The notes under the pieces: model-generated
Seen by the model: only the letters and a program-made list of their open reading frames with translations
Databases searched by the model: none
Told to the model about the DNA's origin: nothing
Assembly: GCA_013265495.1 (NCBI GenBank)
Contig: MU059662.1
Span: forward strand, 1,302,001-1,366,000
Reading direction: 5' to 3'
Source of the DNA: Vicugna vicugna
Taxonomy: Eukaryota
DNA: 64,000 bases
Made by a program: the position numbers and the translations under genes
Shown: positions 11,771-22,945 of the stretch, piece by piece
Layout of the letters: every line of letters starts with the position of its first letter
Position numbering within the stretch: position 1 is the stretch's first letter

Positions 11771-12771
11771 ATCAAGAATCACTTCTACCTGCCAGTGCCT
11801 GGTACCCCTTTTCCTTTGGGGGTGGGGTTAGGAGAAGGGCTAGGAAGATGCAGATATGGAAAAACCCAGCAGCACCTCAAGTCCACATAGTACTCTCTAG
11901 TCTCTCTTCCAGTAAGGAGGGAATAGGGTCTAATTTGGGGTATACCCCCGCAGGCTCTGGGCTGGACATGCTGCGGGCGAGGGCGGGGGGGACAGGGAGC
12001 CCCAGCTGCCACCCTGGCTGGGGAGGTATAGGGCAGAGGTGGGATACAGGGCCCCTAGCTCCTTCTCCAAGGATCCATCTAGATAGACTGACTCGCCCTC
12101 CACAAACCACAGCCGCATATTTGCCTGGAGCTCAAGGTGACCCTGAGCCTTCCAGAGGGACACAGCTCTGACATCCAGGCGTGGGGAGAGGCCTGAGTCT
12201 GGGGGACTCACCCATCAGGGCACTGGCCTTTGGTGCTCTCACCATGGCGCACTCATAGGCAGGAAGTTCAGGGTCCCCTCCCCCATCTAGTGGGACCTAA
12301 AACCTGCCCTTTGGGGCCTGCTCTGGGGAGTAGCTGCCACTCAGGCCTCTCCTGATGGCTATGAGCCTCCCTGTCTCCTCCATCCCAAACAGGGCTGAGA
12401 TGGCCCAGCCAACATCACACCCGAAGAGTGGGATGGGCAGGGGACATCTATATGCCTTGTCCCTGGCTGTCAAAGGGGGCAGAGGAAAGACGCCAGGCCT
12501 GTCCCCTATCCCCCAGTGGAGGCCTCCCCTCGGGCCTCTTCCCTCTTACCTGGATCCCACAAAGAGGACACCAAGGACTCCCGCACTCCCCATTGGAGAG
12601 AGTGGAACAGTGCCCTCTGCTTTATCCATCTCTATCAATTGTTAACATTTATTAAGCGCCTATTGTGTGCGGACTGGCATGCATCAGTTTGCCTAATCCA
12701 CACAACAACCCTGTTAAGTCCTTTTGTGACTATTTTAGAGACAAGGAAACTACACAGAGGAGCTGGATCCA

Positions 12772-12915
12772 CAGCCAGGACTAGGGGGAGGTATTGGGGT
12801 GCCAAGGGCACAAAATGTAAGGAGGCCTTCATTCTCAGGGGCTGACCCTGTACTTTCATGATTTAAATTTTGCACCCTAGGCACCTCCCTTGCCTCATGC
12901 TTCGTCCCAGCCCTG
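12772..12915. mobile_element. MER91A-like hAT-Tip100 MITE
   Basis: Inverted arms ...gggcacaaaatgtaaggaggc... and ...ttaaattttgcaccctaggcacctc...ccctg. Confidence 0.7.
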
Positions 12916-15900
12916 GTCCAAACCCAGAGCCCAGAGCCTGCCACCTCAACCATCCCACCACCTCCTCCATGTGCCTGGGGTTCTGGCTCCCACGGGGCCA
13001 AAGGCTGCCTGCGGCATCTGACATCAGTGCCTGGGGAGAGGGTGGCACTCTGACCTTCGGGGGGCCCTGAGAAGGCCTGTTTTTGCCATTGAGGGTGTTC
13101 ACCAGCTAAAGCAGGGCCCTGCTTCCTTGCTTGGGTGCTAAGACTCTACAATTCCCACCTCTGCCACACAGTCACCTTTGGCTCTGCTGCAGCACCCACC
13201 TGGCTCCAAGGCAACGCAGGCAGCTGCTGCCAGGGTGGTTGGTGGCTTTGGCAGGTGCTGGGCAGGTGTGAGTGGTTCCTGGGGGAGCCTGGTGCTGAGT
13301 GCACAGTCCACCCCAGACTCACAAGGCAGCCTCCTTGGGCATCAGCCTGTGCCCCTAATAGTCATCAAGTCCAATCCTTTGGTATACAAAGAGGAAAACA
13401 GCCCAGAGAGGTTAAGTGATTTGTCCAATATCATACAGTAATCAAACGGCAGAGCCGGGACTATAATTGAGGTCCATCCAGGGCCCCTACTCCCACATTG
13501 CTGCCATGTTATGTGTGTCAGAGTGGATCATCAGCACACAGTTCCAGGCCAGGCTGAGCCCAATCATCATCTTCCTAGAACCCCCAAACAAAGCTCTGCA
13601 CATCAGAGGAGCTGGTATCTGAATCAGGCCCAAGTCCCTGCAGGGGGTGGTGTGTGTACAGATTGGGGGTTGGGTTGTGGGGGTGCTTCTTCCAACTAGA
13701 AGCAATGACTTCTCCCAGGGGCTCCTGCCTGGGGCTGGAGCAGCAAGAGGTGAAGCAGCTTATACGGAGACAATCTTCTTTCCTACGTGTGGGCTTGGGT
13801 CCCGATGCAGCTTAAGACCACCCCTCTGTCCACCCTGGGTGCTCTGTGTTGCCCATCAAGTCGTTACTGTATCCCCAGGAAGCAGACGTGACCTCATTCT
13901 ACAAAGGTGGAAACAGGCTGGGAGAGTAAAAGTTATTCACTCAAGGTCAGGTGGCTTTGACTGAAACCGTCCTGTCTGCCTCCAAAGCACACTCCTTTGT
14001 AGTCCACCTGACAGGAAGAGGGGGGCAAGGCTCCCCAGAAGGCAGGGGGACCCTTCGATGCCACTTCCATGGGGGAGACAAGAGGAAGGAAGGGGTGGGC
14101 CAGCAGAATTGACTGCAGGAAGCTGGGTGCCCAACTGGGTGGCGGGGATGGTTGGGGCACAGGGGCTGGGCTCTGCTGGGGCTCAACTTCAGGAACCAGG
14201 AGCCCTGTGGAGGTGCTGCACAGAGCACCCCATCTTGGTGTCAACTCCAGCCCTGCAGGTGCGGGTGGGGCTCGAGGAAGCTGCCACCCACACAGATTGT
14301 TGGGGTCAGGATGGACAACCTCTCGGTATCCCTCAGCCTCACCTTCCAGGGGCTTGATTCTGCAGGTCTGGGGGCCACAATGACATTATTCACACAAGAA
14401 GACACTCCTCTGGGAACATCTTTGCCTGGGAGGGGTGGGGGTGGGCAGGGAGTTTCCAACTCCACATACGTGGGCATACGTCCCCCGCCCCGGCCCTGGA
14501 CAGCAGCCATCTCCAGCCTCCCTGGAGCAGGGCGGTCTGTGTTCAGGCACAAGGATGAGGAGGGCTGCCCGGGAGGACAGAGCGAACTTCTTTCCCCCTC
14601 CGCAGACGCAGCAGCCCTCCCTGCCTAGCCAGAGAACCCAAACTCCAGCAGAGGAAATAAAGAAAAAAAAAATAAGCACTTGACTGTTGGGGGCTGAGAA
14701 CAGGGTCACAGGGTCACAGCGCCACAGCGCCATAGACAAAGGCAATACTTGTGGGAAGCACTGGCCTGAATGAGGAGGTGGCTTGGGCCAGATGCTTCTG
14801 GCAAGATGCCCCAGGCCCCACGTGCCTCTCCAGGGCTGAAGAATCAGTACCTCTGTCCTGGAGCCCACTCAAAGCTCCTCCGTGTGCTGTGCTGTGGCCC
14901 CTGCATGGGCCCTGGGGGGAGTGAGGGAGGCCCCTGGAGGGGGGGCTGTGTTGATGCTGGGGGCTGAGATGAGAAGAGTGGGGATTGGCAGAGCCGGGGA
15001 ACTTGGCCTAGATCTGGACAGAGCTGAGGATGTTGGGGTGTAGGATGGGGAGCGTGGCTGGCAGGGCCAGGGATACCCAGTTCTGCAAGGCAAGGGAGGT
15101 ACAGTGTGTGGAAGCCAGAGCTCGTCTGGGGGTTTGATGCCCAGCCCAGCAGTAGTCAGAGCCAGGGAGGAGCACCCCACCTGCCAACTGATCCACCCAG
15201 CGATGTGTGGAGATGCAGGTGTTTCCTAAGGGCCCCTGGGCTCGGGGTTCAGACTTTACCTGCTGGCACAGGGGAGCTGCAGAAGGCTTTTGAGTGGGTT
15301 CCATCCTGGGCACCAGGGGCATTAGTGTAAGTGAAGGAGGCATAGGAGGGGGCTGAGTAGGGGTGAGTCCTGCACTGGTCCAGGTGAAAAGGTGAGAGAG
15401 AAAGGGCTGGTGGTGGGAGGGGACAAAGGAGGAGAGGGACACGAGCAAAGTCACAAGTAGGGCTGAGCTGGAGGACTCGGTGACAGATTAGACATGAAGC
15501 GTGAAGGAGAAGGTTAGAGCCGAGGGAGGCTCTAAGGTTTCCAGCTCCGGGCTGAGGAATAGTGGGAGGGGGAATGACAGGGCCCCTGGGAGGAGGGGGC
15601 TACAGGAGAGGGGTGGCCTGGGAGGAGCAGGCCCGGCATGCGTGGCTGTGGATACCTGCTTCTGTAGCCAAGCCCAGCTTTGGGGCCTTCACCTGGAGAG
15701 GTCCCCCCTCCCCCCACCCCAGCTGAGGGCAGTTCCTGTCTTGAGACTGCATGGCTTGGGTTGGCAGATCTGGGGCCCAGAGCAGCACTAGGCAGGAGGG
15801 AGGGATGTGACACAGTGGGGTCCTGGCCCCTGGCTTAGGCCACAGCTGGCTGCTCCTATGAACCAGGCCAGTGCCTCTTGGCTGGGAGTTTGGTCCCTGG

Positions 15901-18676
15901 ATCAGTGCCAATCCCCAGGCTCCTAAGGGCCTCCCAACACAGGCATGTCAGCCAGAGGACCAGCCCTCTCCTGGGAGTGCTTCGGGGGGCCCCAAAGCCC
16001 AGACCCCCATCCCAAGGCAGGATGAGTGACAGCAGGATATCTCAGCCTAGAAGAGTTGACATCCTCCTTGGAACCAACTGCTCCAGCCTGGGGGCGAGGG
16101 ATGGAAAGAGGGGCCCAGGACCAGCCCTGAGGATGGGAGGAGGGGCCTGAGGCAGCAGCCACCGAGTCAGGATGGGCAAAGCCACGGCTTAGTGCCCCTC
16201 AGCCCCACCTTGCAGGAGCTCCAGCTCCCCGTGGGCCCCTCCCCCTCAGGAGTGCAGAGATCTGAGACCAGGAGGCCGACAGGTGTGTGTGGCCCACGGG
16301 GCAGGGGGGCAGGGGGGCAGGGGGGCAGGTGCCAGCTGGGTAACTAGGTATGAATGAGAAAACCTGGATGTGCGGGCACTGAGAGGGCCCACCCCGGTGA
16401 GTGTGCCTGAGGGACAGGCTTTTGTGTGATATCAAAAGACAGAGGGTGGGCACTTGGCCTGGGGAGCGGGAGGCTTCGGTTGTGCTGGCCCCCGGCGCCC
16501 CCTGCCGCCTGGCTGGCCGTCCCTCCTTCAGCCACTCACAGACACATTTTTCACTGGCTGCTGTTGCCAAGGAGCTGAATGGGCGGTGCGGGAGGAGCTG
16601 GGGTCAGCGCCGGGCCAGCCTGCTGGGTACATGTACCCAGAGCCTGTGGGGAACGGCAGTAAGGGACCCTAGATGAAAAGAAGGGCCTCCTGCCCTTCAG
16701 CAGCCCCTCACATAGACCTGAGACTGAATGCCCAGAGGCAGGTTCTGCTCCAAGGCAGCCCTGTGGCACTGGTGCCCACCCGCCAGCTCCCTGGGAAACG
16801 TTATAGGAGGCCCCAACAGGTGCCCCACGACTCAGGGATGCGGTCCCCTGACTCTATGGCCTCCTGAGGAGTCCAGGCAGCACCCCCTGGGCTGCGGCAC
16901 CCTGAATCCCCATCACAGGGCACCGTCTTATCAACACGAGCTCACCTGTGCAACTGCTCACAACCGGCACACACGTGCAGCAGGCCAGCCGTCACACACA
17001 CTCATCTGGCCACACGCATACCCAGGCTGCACAGACCGCCAGCCTCCCTCCCCTCAGCATCGCCAGGGCACACATGCCCACCCACAGCCCTCACACGTGC
17101 TCACGTGGGCAACGTGCAGATATGACCACACAGCCCTCTGGCACACATCCGACTCAGTAAACATCTCCTGGGCACCTTCTGGGTATCTAGCGACACCTCT
17201 CCTGGGTGAGGAGCATGAACACCCCCAGCTCACCATGGTCAGTGGTGCAACCCGCACCCCCTGAGTGATGCACACACACACTCCTAGCTCGCACGTGTGT
17301 GCAAGATGGACACATACCCAGTGGCAGTGCAGCCTCCCAGCTCAGTCAAGATGAGGAGGGGAGGTCATGGGGCAGAAAGGTTTGTTAAAGTGAGGACTTG
17401 TGGGGGTGGGGCGGTGATGGGATGATGGAGAAGGGAGAGAGACTGGATGGGATGGGGTGGAGGGAGGACTGAGGTGGGTAGGATGGGAACGGCGGCCAGG
17501 CAGTGGTGGGTGCAGGATGTGCTACGCAGAGACCCTTGAAGGAAACAGCCATCAGCCTCAATCGTCGGGTTGGTTTCTGAGCTTTCATTCATTCATCTCC
17601 AGTCTGTCTGGCTTTGCATCTCAGGAACCCCAGCGTTCCCTTCTGATACCTCTGGAATTAACAATGGCCTGGCCAGGCTCACCCTCCAGGGTCTCAGGGC
17701 AGCAAGAATCAAGATTACTAGGCCAAGCTCCATGCCCCGCTTCACCACACAAATAACCCCCTCCCATGCACACAGAAGCTCAGCTCTGCTAAGTGCATGG
17801 AGGGCGGTCAGAGATTAGGGAGGCCCAGCGTCTCAGTCAGCCTAGGTGGAAGCTCAGGGAGAACAGACAAAGGATGCACAGGGGAACTACCCCCCACCCC
17901 CAACCCAGGAGATGGGCTGAGGGCTGAGTAATGGGGCAGGTGAGGGTGGCCAAAGGGACACGAAGGGAGGGAGAAGGGCTGTGTAGCGAGAAAGAAGGGG
18001 GGAAGCGGTAATGTATCTACCGAGCACAACTCTGGCCCCCCAAGCACCAGGGAATCCGGGAGCCCCAGCTAGGGCCAGGGGCCGCGGAGCTGACTGTACG
18101 GGCTGCAAGGGCTGGGGGCTGGTGTAAGCGCCTCCACGCCTGAGTGTGTGCGTGTGCGAGCCTGTGTGGTGGGGACAGAGGAGGACACTGTGTTCCCGAC
18201 GTGGGCAGAGGCCAGGTGCCAAGCTGGGAATTGTGAGTAGCTGTTTGGGGCAGATGCTGCTGGGAAGAGGTATCTTAAACCCCCTCCTCAATTTCCTAAG
18301 CACTGGGATGTGGTCCAAATCCACTGTTCTGCCAACCGTCCAAGTCAGACTCCCTGGGGCTTTGATCTAAACCCCACGACCCTGCTCTGGGGCAGGGCAA
18401 CCAGCGAACTTCCCCCACCTGGAGACGTGGGGCGTCTACACTCGCCAGCCCCACGCGCTGACAGCTGCTCCTGGACTTGGCAGAACCCAGGCTTCCGGGG
18501 AAGTGCGCGGGGAAGCTGCGCAGCAGCGAGAGGCGGCCCCCGCGTCCCGCCTCGCAAAGTTTGGCCTCCGGGGGCTCCCAGCCGGGTCAGGCAGCGTGGG
18601 TCAGGGACCCCCAGAGCAGAGAGCGTTCGTGCCCACGGTCACCCTCAAGCCTCCCCAAAGCGCGCGCGTGACTCAC

Positions 18677-18746
18677 CCGAGCTGTGGAGCCAGGCGGCAA
18701 GGACTATACCCAGGAGCGCTGGCCACAGGCCGGGCCGGACGGCCAT
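18677..18746 (-). CDS. UNC5A: UNC5A coding exon 1 (70 nt; signal peptide of netrin receptor UNC5A)
   Basis: Minus strand reads GCGGCC-ATG-GCC GTC CGG CCC GGC CTG TGG..., i.e. MAVRPGLWPALLGIVLAAWLHSS plus 1 nt. This matches the human UNC5A N-terminus as I recall it (MAVRPGLWPALLGIVLAAWLRGSG). It is followed directly by a canonical phase-1 donor GTGAGT (plus-strand actcac 18671-18676). Strong Kozak context (-3 G, +4 G). Confidence 0.96.
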
Positions 18747-18802
18747 GGCCGCGGGCTGGCGGGCGGGCCGGGCGCGGGGCCCCGCGGACCACAGGGCGGC
18801 TT

Positions 18803-18850
18803 TCAGCTCCTCAGCCCAGAGCCCCAGCCCCGGGGGCCCCCGGGGCCCAT
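18803..18850 (-). other. Upstream ORF (MGPGGPRGWGSGLRS*) in the presumed UNC5A 5' UTR
   Basis: ATG at 18850-18848 in context GCTGGC-ATG-G; TGA at 18805-18803. Out of frame with the main ATG and ends 56 nt before it. Confidence 0.6.
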
Positions 18851-19744
18851 GCCAGCGGACTGCGCTGCCTCCGGGCGGCCGGCTGCGGGGCGCACGCGGC
18901 GCGTGGCTCCCCTGGGCACCGGGAGCGCAGCAATGCAGCCGGGGCGGAGCGCAGCGCCAGCCGCGCCGCGCACCAAGCCAGCCGCCGCGCGGAGCCCGCA
19001 GCCGGGGAGCGGGCCGGCGGGCGCCGCAAAACCCGGACTGGAGCAGCGGAGCGGGACGGCGGCAGGGCGGGGCGGGGGAAGGAAGGAGGGGCCCGGCCGC
19101 TCCACGCGGCGCGCTCGGGCCACCCCCAGCTCCGGGGATCCCTCCTGGCGATGCCCGAGGCTCCCCCAGGGAGGGGCTGGGGTGGTAGGCGGGGAGGCCT
19201 CCCACCGCCCCGCGCGATCTCCAGGGACTGGGCCAGGAATCTGAAACCCGGAGTGGATCGGTTCTGCGGATCCGGGCTCTCCTGGGCCCTCCAGCTTGCG
19301 CACAGGTGGCCCGGGAGGGGCCCAGGGCTGCGGCGACCCCGGCGCGGCGCCAGGCTGCAGAGAGCCGCCCGGGACAGGGGTGCCCGGGGCAGGTTCTGCT
19401 GCAGTCCTCTACCCACACCCCACCCCACTCCCCGCCTCCCGGCAGCGCTCGGAAGCTGTCAGCGTGCCGCGGTATGCCACCCTGCTCGTGGCTTGGATAG
19501 GGGACTGCAGGAGAGTGCCCGGGCCATGGCTTGTGCGCAGAGGTACCCGGGTAGACCAGATTAAAGGCCACCCGCAATCCCAGGCACGTAGCCTGACGGC
19601 CCTCTCAGTGACCCAAGGTTTCTTTAACCTCGCGGCCCTGCTCGCCTTGGGAAAACAACCCTAGGACGCAGCGCAACCCACAGGGCGCGCGGTATTTGCG
19701 CCCCGAGCGCGCACCGCGCCTGAGACGTGGGCGTGAAGGAACAA

Positions 19745-19845
19745 GCCGGGATTTTGGAGCTAGAGAGATCTGGGGTAGGGTCTAGACGCCTCTGCCTTCT
19801 AGCTCTTTGACCTTGGGCAAGTCACTTCGTCTCCCGGAGCCGCTA
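19745..19845 (+). mobile_element. MIR fragment at the upstream edge of the promoter island
   Basis: ttggagctagagag...tgaccttgggcaagtcacttc. Confidence 0.6.
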
Positions 19846-20400
19846 GCAACGACTGCTTCTGGAGTCTTCTGTTCCCCACCCCCATTCCCTAATCGGGTTA
19901 AAATAAACAGAGGGTTGCCTTGAAGGAGAAAGGAAATGACAAACGTGCACCATGTGCACGGGAGAGTGGTTAGAAAAAGAGAGGGTCCTACTCTGGGTCG
20001 GGAGGAGGGTGAGAAGGGTGAAGGTAGGGTGGCAACCTAAAACGCCTACAGGGGCCAGTCGATAATATAAATTGATGCTGCGCACTGCACGCTGGGCGGG
20101 CGATACAAGAATGGTCTTCGCTTCCACAAAGAGATATGAGCTCTCCTATGTTTCTTGAAACACGAGGCCCTCTCTCGGTCTGTCTTTTGTTTCCCACTTT
20201 TGATAGAGAAGGGTTGTGAGAAATGTTTTGCTTTCCTCTTAACTCTGCTGTGAAAAACATCAGCCAATGTCCAAATACCTATCTACAGAAGCTGGGCTTC
20301 AGCGCCAAAGAGACAATGGCAGCTCTGGGGACTGGGCACAGGGTTCCATCCACAGGGACAGCTGGTTCTTCTCTTTCAGGTACCAGTTTGGGAGGGTGGG

Positions 20401-20519
20401 TATTTTTTGGGGGGAGGCGATTAGGTTTATTTTTATTTATTTGTTTAACGGTACAGGGTATGAACCCAGGACCTCGTGCATGCTAAGCACACACTCTACC
20501 ACTGAGCTATCCTCTCCCC
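20401..20519 (-). mobile_element. Camelid SINE (Vic-1-like), long-tail type
   Basis: Reverse complement GGGGAGAGGATAGCTCAGTGGTAGAG...CGAGGTCCTGGGTTCA...ATAAACCTAATCGCCTCCCCCC. Confidence 0.88.
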
Positions 20520-20730
20520 ACTCCAAATTTTCAATAGAAGCCACTGTATGTGAAAATTTCTGATGTAAAATTTTTACCTAAAAAAAAAAATTTTTTTTTA
20601 ACTTCATGTGAGCCCAGATGAAAATGTCCACAAATATCCACTAGCTCTGAGAATCGCTTGTGTGTACTTTGTGCTTTGGGCGTTTGGGTGTGTACACTGT
20701 ATTAGAGGGCCCTGATCTACCCAACTGGAG

Positions 20731-20756
20731 TGTGTGTGTGTGTGTGTGTGTGTGTG
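20731..20756. repeat. (TG)13 microsatellite
   Basis: Direct reading. Confidence 0.95.
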
Positions 20757-21329
20757 TTGAGGGGGAGCAGTGTGTGCCTAGGCAGCTTCCTCTGACTCTC
20801 TGCCCCATTCCATTCCCAGGAGAGAGGTGGGTGAGAGAGGTGAAACAGTAGCAGCACCTGTATTTGGGGACCCCAGTATGGGGGCAATGATTAGGAACTG
20901 GGATTTGGGCACTGGAGGGAAGTAGCTGAAAATGAAAGACTGGGATTGGGGGCTGGGGTATAAGATGATATAGTGGTATGTGCTGGACTCTGCTATGTCT
21001 GCCAAAGTTTATAATTTGGTTTGATCCTCACATGCAGTCCTGTTAAACATTATTACCCCCATTATACAGATGAGGTAACTGAGGCTTGGGTAAGGAAAAT
21101 GCCTTACGCCCAGGGCCAGCCTTTTTCAGTGATTGCAGGGCTAGCTGAGATGACTGTGCAAGCTTTCCTGTCAATGCCCATGCGCCTTATCTTTCCTCCT
21201 GCAGGCTTGACTCTGGGATTAGATCTTAGGAATGAGGTTTGGAGTCCAGGAAAGGAAAGGGTCCCCTTCTCTGTTCAGTTTGGTTTCTCTTTTCACTTCC
21301 CTGGCTCTCTCTCTTCAGCTGGAATAAGA

Positions 21330-21710
21330 CGGTTTGTGTAGCAGGCGGGATAGATGAGGTTATGTTGTGGTAACAGTCCCCAGATCTCTGTGGCTTAAAT
21401 CAACAAAGGTTTCTCATTTTATCCATCATGAATCTACTACTCCAACTTATCTTCACTCGAGGACCCAGGCTGACAAAGTGGCCACTCTCAGGAATGCTGT
21501 TGGCCAGTGAGAGAGAGGAAACAAGAGCTCTGGAGGTATACCCACCAGCCATTGATGGCTCAGCCCAGAAATGACACGTGTTATTTCCACTCACAATTCA
21601 CTGGCCCAAACTGGCCCCATGGCCCCATACAAGAGGGCCAGAAAGTGCATTCCTACCACGTGCCTGGAAGGAGCAGCTGAAATATGTGGAAAGCAGCATT
21701 AGTGCTAACC
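21330..21710. mobile_element. Old MLT1-type LTR
   Basis: gtggcttaaatcaacaaaggtttctc...ggacccaggctgac...ggcccagaaatgacac...ggccagaaagtgcattcctacc. Confidence 0.55.
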
Positions 21711-22364
21711 GCAGCCTCCAAGCCCAGCATGAGCTGCCCCCTGCCTATCTGCACTCCTCCTAGGCCCTGGCCGTGGTGGCATTCCTTCTGTTTCTCTGGC
21801 ATCCTGGCTCATCCCCACCTCCAGGCCTTCCTGTTTGTTTTTCTGTCCCCAGATCTGTTCACATGGGTGGTTCCTTTTAGTCACTCAGGTCAGCTGTCCC
21901 CTTCCAAGTGGTAGTCAGGGCCATGTCAGGAAAAGGAGCAGCAGTACCCTTGTGGAGACAGGGAAGCAGGTGTCTCAGCTGAATTCCAGTTAAGAATGCA
22001 GGTTGTAGGGCTGCCAGGAAGGGCTTGTCTCAGACCCAAAGGTAGATGGCCAGAGAGGAGGGCTCCTGACATCCCCAATCTCTTTTGCTCTTGAGTCCCA
22101 GACTCGAAGGCGAGGAGGAGTCAGACCCTGCCTGGGGAGGGGGGACCCTCCTGCAAGCGTCCGTAGCCCCCTTGCGATATCCCAGTGTCAGGACATGGGT
22201 TTTGCCTCTGATTGCTCTGCTGGCCAGAAATGTCTCCTTTCAAGGGAGCAGAAATTCTGCCCCTCACTGGGTTCACCATCTGGGCCACACCAAGCATGTG
22301 CCCCCCATCTCTTCTTCTGTTGTATCCAAAGACTTTTTTTAAACTTCAGAATACAAAGTCTGGG

Positions 22365-22471
22365 GGTGGGTAATAGCTCAGGGGTAGAATGCATGTTTAG
22401 CATGCACGAGGTCCAGGGTTCGAGCCCCAGTACCACCATTAAAAAATTATGCAAAAAAAAATAGATTAGAA
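22365..22471 (+). mobile_element. Camelid SINE (Vic-1-like), short type
   Basis: A-box/B-box tRNA-like head and A-rich tail. TSD cagaa(t/c)acaaagtctggg at 22347-22364 and 22472-22489. Confidence 0.88.
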
Positions 22472-22769
22472 CAGAACACAAAGTCTGGGTCTACCATGGA
22501 TTTTCTCCCTCCAGGTCAAACAGTTCTGCTGTTGTCAGCACTCTCAACACACTAGTTCCCTGCTGCAGGTGCTCTCCAGCAGGACTGCTCCTTTGAAAGC
22601 ACCTCCTTAAGGGAGGAAGTTGGCACATCTCCTGCCCACATGGCCTTGTGAACTGCATGAGCAAGGATTCGGTCAGCTGTTGGTCAGTGACATCGTGTTG
22701 TTAATGCCCTCCCAACTGGGGGGCCTCAGAGCTCGTGGTGAGGCCACAGCTGACATGGAGATATGCCAG

Positions 22770-22945
22770 AAGCCCCTGTGATAATGATTAAAATGCAGAC
22801 TCCAGGCCCTGACTTATCCTGATTTTGATTCACTATGTCTGGGGAGGTGTCTAGGAACCTGTGCTTTCACCAAGCCCTCCCCACAAATCCCCTACAGCCA
22901 TTTTTACTGATGCCAGTGGCTTGAAGACTCCACTTTGAGGAATGC
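22770..22945. mobile_element. MER5-like hAT-Charlie MITE
   Basis: ttaaaatgcagactccaggccc...ctaggaacctgtgctttcaccaagccctcccc...ccactttgag. Confidence 0.55.

Larger units (their letters stand above)
1..18676 (-). other. UNC5A: UNC5A intron 1 (partial; exon 2 lies beyond the window start)
   Basis: Lies downstream of the exon 1 donor. No sequence encoding the exon 2 peptide (AQQSATVANPVPGANPDLLPHF...) was seen. UNC5A intron 1 is known to be tens of kb long in mammals. Confidence 0.85.
18380..19740 (-). promoter_or_regulatory. UNC5A: CpG-island promoter and 5' leader of UNC5A
   Basis: Very high GC and CpG density around exon 1, GC boxes (GGGCGGGGCGGGGG 19065-19078; GGGGCGGAGC 18941-18950), no TATA box seen. 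The TSS cannot be fixed from sequence alone. Confidence 0.88.

Noticed and set aside
18645-19577. 310-aa minus-strand ORF as a full protein or N-terminal extension of UNC5A
   Set aside because: Only the 70 nt from the Kozak ATG to the GTGAGT donor match UNC5A. The rest is stop-poor CpG-island sequence extending well beyond any plausible TSS, and read-through into the intron.
18310-19664. Overlapping long plus-strand ORFs (292, 353, 186 and 122 aa)
   Set aside because: Low-complexity Arg/Gly/Ala/Pro products open in several frames at once, as expected in very GC-rich DNA. No recognisable domain.
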